The position numbers and the translations under genes are program-made. From NCBI RefSeq assembly GCF_006345805.1, contig NC_043003.1, forward strand, positions 76,942,001 to 77,006,000: a DNA stretch of 64,000 bases, in the 5' to 3' direction. Shown piece after piece: positions 1 to 9,385 of this stretch; position 1 is the stretch's first letter, and every line of letters starts with the position of its first letter. The notes beneath the pieces were generated by a model. The model was not told the origin of the DNA. It saw nothing but the letters and a program-made list of their open reading frames with translations, and did no database searches. The stretch is from Octopus sinensis. Taxonomy: Eukaryota.

Positions 1-2
1 AT

Positions 3-239
3 CATGGAACTTCGTTTAGAAATAATACTAAGTAATTTTCAATAGGTTTTAGTAAACTTATATGGTTGCTGAATGATGAAAATATTAGATATTGATTAAA
101 ATTGGAAATCATTAGTACGGTGAAACCTTATAAAATAGGGGTCGAAAGATGCAATTTCTGCCTGGAGTAATTATACCAAATATTTACATCGGAACATAGA
201 TTAACACTAGACAAGAGAGAAATGTTATTTTTTATTTAA
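3..239 (+). mobile_element. Decayed C-terminal end of a Penelope-like (GIY-YIG) retroelement ORF
   Basis: Manual translation from nt 3: HGTSFRNNTK*FSIGFSKLIWLLNDENIRY*LKLEIISTVKPYKIGVERCNFCLE*LYQIFTSEHRLTLDKRE. This matches the PLE C-terminal pattern H..SF...S..IW.L...Y....C.LCL.EK..I...L(N/D)KR.E. Three in-frame stops; followed by a hammerhead motif. Confidence 0.65.
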
Positions 240-398
240 GCAATAGAATGCATTAATTTATATAATATCCATAAACCTTTCTAAACCTAACTATAATAAT
301 TATAATTATTAAGAATATAAGAATTAAATTCAATTCATAGGCCTGTATTATATATAATTATTTGCAAGGGGTCTCCTTCATCGAAAACCGGTGTTTAC

Positions 399-443
399 CA
401 TGCGTTGACGAGAGGCAATTACCTTGAAACTATAGTCCGTATG
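399..443 (+). ncRNA. Type I hammerhead ribozyme motif (Penelope-associated), one core substitution
   Basis: Stem I CATGCG(399-404)/CGTATG(438-443); core TTGACGA (405-411, C3 changed to T); stem II GAGG-caatta-CCTT; GAAA 426-429; palindromic stem III ACTATAGT; GUC cleavage triplet ending at 437. Confidence 0.75.
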
Positions 444-639
444 TAGCATTTAGGTTTTCGAGGGAGGATGACCTCCCTTTGCAAATAACACAAGGGCACT
501 GAGATTGTGTCTAAAGTCCATCTGGTGACGTTGATCGCCTGGGGCTAAAAGCATCAGTAACACCCCACCCCCAATGGCTAGCCACATTCAGATGGCTAGT
601 ACACCTTACGTTGTCGAGCGGTTACTGTTTATATCTCGT

Positions 640-693
640 TTTTTACTTATATGTTTCAAAGCGTTTTTACGCTTTGAAACATATAAGTAAAAA
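640..693. repeat. Perfect 25-bp inverted repeat with TTTT loop
   Basis: TTTTTACTTATATGTTTCAAAGCGT (640-664) - TTTT - ACGCTTTGAAACATATAAGTAAAAA (669-693). Confidence 0.95.
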
Positions 694-934
694 GTAACGT
701 TAAAAGAATTGAAAATACAACTATTTCTTTTCTTTTTTAATAACCACGAAGTTCCTACTGATTAACAATTATCCACTACTACTATTAATAACCTTCACAA
801 CATTCAAATAATACAATCAACTCTGAATTCTATCACTATGACTTGTAACTAAAAAGTATGTAGTGCAATTAAAAGAATAAGTATATATATATCTGTAAAT
901 GATATATATATATATATACTTAAAGATTTTTCCG

Positions 935-1009
935 ATGGCCGAATAACTGAAGAGATGGCGGTGTGGATTTCCACCTCGGCATCCGAAACTCGGAGTTTTA
1001 TCATGGCTA
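935..1009 (+). ncRNA. Type I hammerhead ribozyme motif with long, imperfect stem II
   Basis: ATAA(943-946) + CTGAAGA(947-953); stem II gatggcggtgtggatttccacctcggcatcc; GAAA 985-988; near-palindromic stem III ACTCGGAGT; GUU site at 997; TTAT(998-1001) closes stem I, which extends via TGGCC/TGGCTA. Confidence 0.6.
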
Positions 1010-1336
1010 CCGAATAATTGTTACATATTAAATTTACAGATAAATTCCTCTATCTATCTATATACATACATATATATATATATATATGTATGTATATGTA
1101 TATATATATATATATATATATACACAGCAGACTGTTCTTGCAGCAAACGATATAAATATGAGTGCTTTTTATGTACCATGCGTCCATATTAGAGGTCATC
1201 TCAAAGTATAGAATGCAGAATTCGGTGATATAACAAACCTTGTACGTTAAGTTGGACATAAAAGTTTGACTTCGATATTAAAACCGCTTCTGTCACTATT
1301 AATTAATTGTATATACAAACATGCAAACACACACAC

Positions 1337-1395
<59 letters not shown>

Positions 1396-2156
1396 TATGT
1401 ACCAAGAGATAGATAGAGAGAGAGAAAGAGAACTATAAAGATATATGTATATATAGGTCTTATTAATATGTGGTCTAATATATGTGGTGCGTGTTGATAT
1501 GTGTATCTTTACGTAAGTGTATATATTCAGAAGTGTTTTTGTATCTATAGATATACAATTCTGTTTATTTCAGTGTGTATGCGTGTGCATATATGTGTAT
1601 GTATGAGTCTACACAGGAGCAGGCAAAATCAACACCCACGTACAAAACCATTATATTTAAAGCATTAATCAAAATTATTATTTAAAAGATATATTTTTGA
1701 ATATTGCTTAAAACAGCAAGAACCAAGAAAGAAAGAAACCCGTGCTTGCAGCAGCTGTGTTTGTACGTGTTGTTCACAAAGGTTTTCCAGCAGAAGAACA
1801 AAAGGATAAGCGTTTTATTCAAATTTTCATTTCGTATTGCACGAAACCTATTCAAACAGTGGTATTTCTAAAGAAAACTATGCTCAGTTTACCGGTTGAT
1901 CGTCGGAAACGGCAAACTCTGAGTACTGGAAATCGGAGCCTATTGGTTATAATGTATTAGAGAAAACATTTTTATTAAGTCTTGTAATTTATCGCATTTA
2001 GTGAATCAACAGAAATATATGTATATATATGTATGTAGCTATTCTGAAAGAAGCGGCTCAGGATAGAACTGACTGGAGGACACTGATCGAACGAGTGACC
2101 GAGAGTCGACTTCGACTGAGCGGATAGAGAGATATGTATGTATGTATATATTTATG

Positions 2157-2236
<80 letters not shown>

Positions 2237-2719
2237 TACATACGTGCACCATTATATATATTTATATATATAGATATATATGCATACATCATTGTTCATA
2301 TATAGAAGTCAATCGTAATTGTTTCTTAATTATTTTTATTTTCTTACAAAATATATTGATTTCTTAAGTCGAACTTGAGTAGTTAGACAGGTATAAAAAT
2401 AAAAGAAAAAATTCAGATTATGTGTGCGAACTTGATTAAGATAAATTCGTCCAAAATCAAAACATATATTAATATATGGAACATAGACAAATATAGGAAT
2501 ATTAAATATATATAAAGATATATAATTATATAAATATGCGTGTTGAAATATAGTGATAATATAGCAAATGATAGGAATATAAAAAAGAACGGGTATTGAA
2601 AAATTTGGAAACAATGAAAAGTTAATAATAGGTGTCTAATAAGATTTCGGATTACCATTGTAGATAATTTTCCAACATCCGTTTCTGGGGTTCATTCTTC
2701 CAAGTGAAAAATTAATCTT

Positions 2720-2755
2720 GAAATCCGTTTTCGGAGAACGCCTCCTTCGTGAGGG
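2720..2755 (-). ncRNA. Degenerate hammerhead motif of the Penelope copy split by the ORF1-only element
   Basis: Minus strand CTCACGA-A-GGAG-gcgtt-CTCC-GAAA-acggatt: perfect 4-bp stem II before GAAA, but G5 is changed to C and stem I is poor. Confidence 0.4.
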
Positions 2756-2780
2756 AGAAAAATGATATTCACGGTAGATA

Positions 2781-2798
2781 TGCAATTAGTGCACTGAC
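2781..2798 (+). repeat. Left copy of 18-bp target-site duplication
   Basis: TGCAATTAGTGCACTGAC, identical to 4448-4465. Confidence 0.9.
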
Positions 2799-4447
2799 TG
2801 ATTTTTTATTACCCACGAGAGGCTACACAGAATTGGACAATACAAACATTGGGGACACAAAACATCACAATTACATAAATATGGGTAAAATGAATTAATG
2901 AAAATGATATATGAAAGTGGTGCTAACGGCCCCATCCGCTAGCATCACTTACCTGTCCTTCAGTCTTGCTCAGTCTCAATATAATATGCCTTCACCTCTA
3001 TCCTTCTCTCAAATCTCTCTTCAAATTCCTTCACCGTCTCTTCATCCATATCCACTTCAATTATTCTCCTGTCCATCCTTTCGCACCTTTCCATAAACTC
3101 ATCCACTTGTTCCTTTGGAATTACTGCACATCTTTTCCCTCCCCTATTACACCATCGGTAGTCCGTCATTGTCTTTTTTATCTCCTCATTTCCTGCAATA
3201 CATAAAATGTTGGGCCTGGGTTCTATTTTAGTGTCTTGACTGTGTGTATCTTTTTTCTGTTTTCTGGTTGGTGGGGATCGGGTGGGTTCACTGTCTGCAG
3301 GGGAAGGGTGGGACTCAGAGGGTGCGGGTGGTGTTGGGGTGGACTGGGGTTGCGTACTGTTTGCTTTTCTCCTTCTCTTTCTTTTTTTCCTTCCTTCTTC
3401 CCACTCTTGCTGGATCTCTTCTTCTTCTTCTGTCGTTTCCTTTTCTGTTTGGTTCTCTTCTTCTTTAGTTTCTTCCTCTTTTTGGGGTTCCGTAACGATT
3501 TCCTTTTCCTTTGGTGGGGGAGGGCAGTTGGCTCTTATGTGGCCTCTCTGGCCACACTTATAACAGCGTGGGGCTCTGCCCTCCACCCACACTCTCATGA
3601 TGATGTTTCCCATTCTTATATTTTCTGTTAACCTTTCCAGCGTTTCAGTCTCCACCTGTACGTTCATGTCCAGGGTAGCACCCCTCCAGCCTTCATATTT
3701 TATGGTGGCATGGAGGATATCCACCTTTTCTTCATTCCCTTTAATCACAGCTGCTGCTATATATTCGCCCTCTAGGTGTGGGGGTATTCCCTCCACCCTG
3801 ATTCTCGTGGTTTTCCTATTTAGGTACGAAGGTAGTAGGTATACCTTCTCCGTTTTTACTGCCTTGGCTGCCATTTTTCTTGCGACGCTCTCGCTCCTAT
3901 ATTGAACCGTCACTGTACCGTATTCCATTCCTCTTGTCAAATAAACAATTTCCTCCTCTGTCTGTTTTAGCGCCTCTTCAATAATTTCCATGCTTACTAT
4001 TTCAATTCTTTTCCTTCCATTTGCGTACACTCTATATTTGACGGTCCTGCGATCGAACCACTCACCACGCTTTGTTGGAGGTGACAGTTCGACTTCACCG
4101 TCCTCCTCTTTCATAAATTCCTGGAAGCCTGGCAGTTTAACCAGGTTTATCTCTTTTTCTTCCGACTTCTTCTTCGTTACTCCTGCATACGTATTTCCAA
4201 GCTTCTTGTCCATTCTTTTCACTGCTCTTTCTAGTTCCTCCTCAGGCGTCGACAATTCCGACAAACTTTCAAACAAATTTTCCCCGGCCATCTCTCCCGT
4301 TAGGGAGGGGCTGTCCTTGTTTGTCTCAACACAGACAGACTAAACCTTGCGCGACCGTACAACAAAAAAAACGTTTAACAAAATTTACGTGTAACGCAGT
4401 AACAAGGAAAAATGAACTCACGACTTGTCAGTTGGACTGTACTGTTC
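2799..4447 (-). mobile_element. ORF1-only (HAL1-like) non-autonomous retrotransposon, 1649 bp
   Basis: 156-nt 5' UTR, a single 443-aa ORF, and a ~160-nt 3' UTR ending GGTAATAAAAAATCA; exact 18-bp direct repeats on both sides; no RT or endonuclease ORF. Confidence 0.8.
2960..4291 (-). CDS. LINE ORF1p/gag-like nucleic-acid-binding protein with a CCHC zinc knuckle
   Basis: Uninterrupted 443-aa ORF. CYKCGQRGHIRANC (CX2CX4HX4C, nt 3524-3565) is preceded by VWVEGRAPR, as in L1/Tx1-type ORF1p, and followed by a Glu/Pro-rich linker and a basic RKKRKRRRK patch. Confidence 0.85.
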   Translation of the reverse strand: MAGENLFESLSELSTPEEELERAVKRMDKKLGNTYAGVTKKKSEEKEINLVKLPGFQEFMKEEDGEVELSPPTKRGEWFDRRTVKYRVYANGRKRIEIVSMEIIEEALKQTEEEIVYLTRGMEYGTVTVQYRSESVARKMAAKAVKTEKVYLLPSYLNRKTTRIRVEGIPPHLEGEYIAAAVIKGNEEKVDILHATIKYEGWRGATLDMNVQVETETLERLTENIRMGNIIMRVWVEGRAPRCYKCGQRGHIRANCPPPPKEKEIVTEPQKEEETKEEENQTEKETTEEEEEIQQEWEEGRKKRKRRRKANSTQPQSTPTPPAPSESHPSPADSEPTRSPPTRKQKKDTHSQDTKIEPRPNILCIAGNEEIKKTMTDYRWCNRGGKRCAVIPKEQVDEFMERCERMDRRIIEVDMDEETVKEFEERFERRIEVKAYYIETEQD

Positions 4448-4465
4448 TGCAATTAGTGCACTGAC
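4448..4465 (+). repeat. Right copy of 18-bp target-site duplication
   Basis: TGCAATTAGTGCACTGAC, identical to 2781-2798. Confidence 0.9.
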
Positions 4466-5085
4466 AAGGTAGGAGGCAATCGCAAGCTTATATAGAAGAA
4501 CAGTTGTATGTATGCAAATAATATAGGTCTTCATGAGAGCTGATGGGAGTAAAAACTACGTTACTTACAGAGCAATATATTGTTATAGGTAATAAAACCG
4601 AAATTTTGGAGAGAATTATTTGATGAAATGTAGTTCCATTGCTTTTCGGTATTGCGGATCGTCCCGTGCACATTTCGAAGAGGGAAAAATTTTGAATTTT
4701 TCGTCGCTGCATATTTCCAGATGCTTACTTAATGGAATCTTGCGTAATTCCTCTTGTCGTATATGTTGCCTGTGGATTATTGCACGTTGGCAGAGGGAAT
4801 TATTTGTTTCGCTAATGTAATTTGAGCAGGTAATGCAGTATATGAGGTTTTGCGTTTTGTAGTTCATATCTGCATTTATTTTGGAAAGAGACCCGCTCTT
4901 GAATTTTATGTGAGAACCACTTTCCAAGTTTTTGAAGTTGTAGATGTTTCATGTTCCACATCTCCTCTCTCCACACTCTTTTACAAAGAATTCTGATTCC
5001 TCCTCTTATTTGAATTCTATATCTTATATAATTGAATAAGCTGTTTGTACATTCACAAAATTTGTTTAACAAGTTCGAGAAAAGA
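4466..5085 (-). mobile_element. 5'-truncated Penelope-like element (GIY-YIG endonuclease end plus 3' UTR)
   Basis: ORF 4616-4927 has NLIYCITC..YISET...L.QR...H (GIY-YIG pattern) and closely resembles ORF 37653-37991. Confidence 0.85.
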
Positions 5086-5092
5086 ACGAAAG

Positions 5093-5137
<45 letters not shown>

Positions 5138-5519
5138 GATGTAACTGGATTGGGTGTTCTTTTCTCTTTTTGCCATCAGTGATTTTATTTTTGATCTATA
5201 TAAATGAAGATATTTCTTTCGTCTGGCTGCTTTTCTTTCTACACAGCAGAAAGTTACATTGCGGTACAGTCATTTTAACGAGTTGTATTTATCACCCGAC
5301 GAGATACATCTGCACCACCGGATGTTGAAACAATTGCCGTGATTAATAATAAATTCTCGTATATTCCATCTTCCGTCTCTCATTTGCCGTATATAATGAT
5401 GTATGTATATATATATATATATATATATATAATGATGAGTGTACATATGTATATCTATGTATAATTAGGTATATATATATATATATATACATATATATCA
5501 AATCCTAAAAAAGAAGATT

Positions 5520-5670
5520 AACAAACACAAGAAAAAAGACAACAACTCGAGAACGTGGTACATGTAAAGTATTAGCAGACGCTCAGGGAAGGAAAGAATG
5601 ATGGTTTAACGTTTCTTCAGAAACAGAAGAGGAAGGTCCAATAGAAAGGAAGACGGATCACACGTGGTTA
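5520..5670 (-). mobile_element. Penelope-type terminal-repeat fragment with a collapsed hammerhead
   Basis: Homologous to 42610-42800. Minus strand GTTT-CTGAA-GAAACGTT-AAAC (5604-5624) keeps stems I and III but has lost stem II. Confidence 0.5.
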
Positions 5671-5689
5671 TATTTTGATATACATAATC

Positions 5690-6350
5690 CTTTCAGCTAT
5701 AGGAATTAGAGCTGAAATTTGGGAGAGGGGTATGAGCTATTATATCGACTCCAGTACTCAACTGGTACTTAATTTATCGATCAGAAAGGATGAAAGGCAA
5801 AATCGACCTCTGTGGAATTCGAATTCAGAATATAGCGCAGACGAATTGCCTCTAAACATCCCGCATGGCGTGCTAGATTCTGCTAGTTTGCTGCCTTATT
5901 GTTTCAAATTTTGCCACAAGGGTAGCCGTTTTCGGGGAGGGGACAAGTCGATTACATCAATCCCAGTGTTTCACTGGTACTTAATTTACCGATCGAGAAA
6001 TGATGAAAGGCAAAGTTGACCTTGGCGGAATTTGAACTCAGAAAGTAGCGACGGTCGGAACACCAGTAAGTATTTCGTCCAGCACGCTAATGATTCTGTC
6101 AGTTCACCCTATATATATATATATATATATATATAATCTTTTCTAATTTACACACAAGGCCCAGAATTTTGGGGAAGGGGGTCAATCCATTAGATCGACC
6201 CCAGGACGCAACTGGTGTCTAATTTTTCGAGTCCGAAAGGATGAAAGGCAAAGTCGACCACTGCGGAATTCGAACTCAGAACGTAAAAACAGACGAGATA
6301 CCGCAAAGTACCTCGCCCGGCGCGCTAACGTTTCTGCCAGCTCGCCGCCC
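5690..6350 (-). mobile_element. Three head-to-tail copies of tRNA-derived SINE family 1
   Basis: Copies at ~5690-5895, 5905-6109 and 6134-6350 share the body GAGTTCAAATTCCGCCGAGGTCGACTTTGCCTTTCATCCTTTCGGGGTCGATAAATTAAGTACCAG, which includes a B-box-like GAGTTCRAATTC. Confidence 0.8.
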
Positions 6351-6455
6351 TCTCCATCTGTCTATATATACATGTATGTATGTATGCATGTATGTATGTA
6401 TGCATGTATGTATGTATGTATGTATGTATTTATGTATATATATATATATATATAC

Positions 6456-7057
6456 AACATTTAGAGGACTAACCACCAAATCGCCATTACCATGAAGAAT
6501 GTGTTCTCAATAAAAATCCCACAAAGGAACCAAAATGTAAAAGTAAGCAAGGCAAATGAAAATATACGAAATAAAAAATGATTACCTATGTACCATTTGT
6601 TTCACTTGTTAATATTTACGTATATGGACAGACAAGCATTTGCAAGATCATCAGCATAGTCTGTCGTTTACAAAACACAATTTCCAGAACTAGATACAGA
6701 AAGCTCAACCGAAATCCATCATGTATCAAGTTCTACAAATTATAGTTAGGTGTATCCTTTCAAATGCTTTCACTTTGGCGCGCTGAGATTGGAAACTACT
6801 CTGCAGTTAATGAACTACAGCAGTAAATTTACCGGTTAGAGAACATTTTTTTTTATTTAAAGTTAAATAAGGGTAGAAATTGACATTAATCAATTAAAAC
6901 CAATGGCGTAGCATATTTTAAAAAATCCGAAGATTAAAAATTGTGGTACATACAAAATTTAGAGGACTGACCACTAATAGCGGACAGCCTATATGCTAAA
7001 CATAGACGTCAAATCGCCATTACCACGAAGAATGTGTTCTCAAGAAAAATCCCTGCA
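6456..7057 (+). repeat. Direct repeat pair (6456-6520 and 6955-7057)
   Basis: ATTTAGAGGACT.ACCAC...CAAATCGCCATTACCA.GAAGAATGTGTTCTCAA.AAAAATCCC occurs twice; the first copy lacks about 38 nt. Confidence 0.75.
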
Positions 7058-7059
7058 TA

Positions 7060-7104
<45 letters not shown>

Positions 7105-8835
7105 AATGTATACATGGAGTGAAAGACGCGCAAAATGTTTCAAATATGTTTGTAGATATAATTGTATTACATCCGTAGTACTCAGTCAACTTGTTGCTGC
7201 TCAACAGATGGTTCAAAGCCTCGGGATGTGGTTTATTCGATTTCTTTGTTTTTAGCATACACAACGTACCAATACTTGAATAATACGCAAACTTTTCTAT
7301 ATACAATGAAATATAGAAGCACCAAAACAAAAACGTTAACGACCGTGTAGAAACATACGGGGACTGTATTTAATCGTACATATAGAAATGTGTAATAGCT
7401 GTATGTGTATATTCAACACAGTAGTGTTGGTATAGTGCATAGAATAGTTTAGATATACTACGCATACAACTATAAATAAAATGTATACAGCAATGTTGAT
7501 AGACTATACACAACATTGTGGTTAGAATCTGTACAGTTACACATACAGACTGAATAAGAGTAGGGTATAAATAGTGCACATTAACAGTGTAAGTACACTA
7601 TACACATCAATGTAGAAAGCCTGCATATATGATCTAAAAAGGCAGGATACTCAGACTAACGGGTGTAAAAATTGAGCGATAGAAAACGAAAAAGGAGCGT
7701 CGGAAAACGTTTACAAAATAAAACGGTGAGACAAGCTAATAGGAAAGAAAAAAATCAATTATACAAATAATCAGATTACATGAGAGAAATCGAAATACTG
7801 CCGGTTTGGCAAACTAAGGTGGGAACAAACTTTGATCACAGCTTTGTAACAACGTACAATTTAATTTGAATAGCATTTATTCAACATAAATTGAAACTAA
7901 CACGATAGTAAGTGTTGAATTAATGGCAAAGCAGATGCAACTGTCAGTAATGCATTAATATTGCAAGATGGCACGAAATGGAAATAAACACATGGCAAGT
8001 TAGGTAAAAATCAGCACACAGATCGTAAAAAAATTGAAAAGGAACTTATTTCATCGCGGCCCAAAACAGTGATAAAATTAAATTTGGTAAACGTTGTACT
8101 CAGAATATACTGGGATAAATATATGTTACTGACGTATTTGTCCATCTACTCTTCTGTCTCAGCTACTTCAAGCACAGTATATATACTTCATTACATAAAT
8201 ATATGCTGAAAACTCAATAATTACCATATCACCAATCCATATGTGTGTGTCTGTGCGTGTGTATGTGTGTATGTGTGTGTGTGTGTGTATGTGTGTGTGT
8301 GTACCTGTATGTGGAATTAAAACACACTGAGCCACTATGTACTCGACACCTCTTGTCCTGACGTCCGATTTCTTTAATTCCAAATCTGCATTTAGATATG
8401 CATTTACATACCCTAATCAATAACGTTCAATAAGTGATTTTTCAAACTTCTACCCATATTCTATCATGATCATGTCATGTATGTATCTCTCACTAAACCA
8501 ATAAGAATAATCCATATATTTTAGTTTTTCCTTATACTTAATTTATTGTATTTTAATTTTATATTAATTTTTTATTTTTATTTTTATTTTATTTCAGTTT
8601 ATCTTTGTTTTGATGTTCAATATTTTTTATTTTATTTTATTATATTTATTATATTTGCATACTTTATTCATCTTTTTATTTAGTTTTCTATTTATTTACT
8701 TATCTATATGTTTCCTAATTATAATATATGGTATATAGTACATTCACAAATATTCAAAACTTACCAATCAAAGAAAATCTCAATACATAGCTTTTAACTT
8801 TTAACCTGCTAATACTATATACTTCTCTCTCTCGA

Positions 8836-8949
8836 AGCCTGACGAAGTCCTACTACAGTATAGCTTGAATGTGGCAACTTCCTGACATTAAACATTATGC
8901 TTGGAGATTACCATTAACTAGATGGTACAACTGAAACATATATGTAGGT
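8836..8949 (+). ncRNA. Candidate hammerhead with ~85-nt stem II region
   Basis: CTGACGA 8839-8845; AGT...ACT closing pairs; GAAA 8933-8936; palindromic ACATATATGT; GUA site. Stem I contains a mismatch. Confidence 0.35.
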
Positions 8950-9181
8950 TTTTTTTATCGGTATTTATCTTAATTTATTTTTCTTTGAGATTTCAACTTC
9001 GAATCAATTTATTTATTTGTAATGTTTTTTCAAAAAAACGTCATCATTTCATAGCATGCAAATAAATCAGTAATTCCCTCCAGTTATTCTCCACTTTCTT
9101 CTTATTTTCCCTCAATATTGATAATTTCAATAATCCTAAACATTTACCAATGACTTTCCCGTTATATGATAAGGATATGAA

Positions 9182-9385
9182 AGCGGTGAGTTGACAGAAA
9201 CATTAGCAACATGGGCGAAATGCTTAGCGGTATTTCGTCTGTCTTTGCATTCTGAGTTCAAATTCCGCCGAGGTCGACCTTGCCTTTCTTCCTTTCGGGG
9301 TCAATAAAATAAGTACCAGTTGCGTACTGGGATCGATCTAATCGACTGGCTTCCTCCCCCAAAATTTCGAGCCTTCGGCCTAAAG
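9182..9385 (+). mobile_element. SINE family 1 copy
   Basis: Same head and body as the 5690-6350 copies. Confidence 0.8.

Noticed and set aside
2911-4343. Plus-strand ORFs overlapping the 443-aa ORF
   Set aside because: Antisense shadows of a purine-rich coding strand; no motifs.
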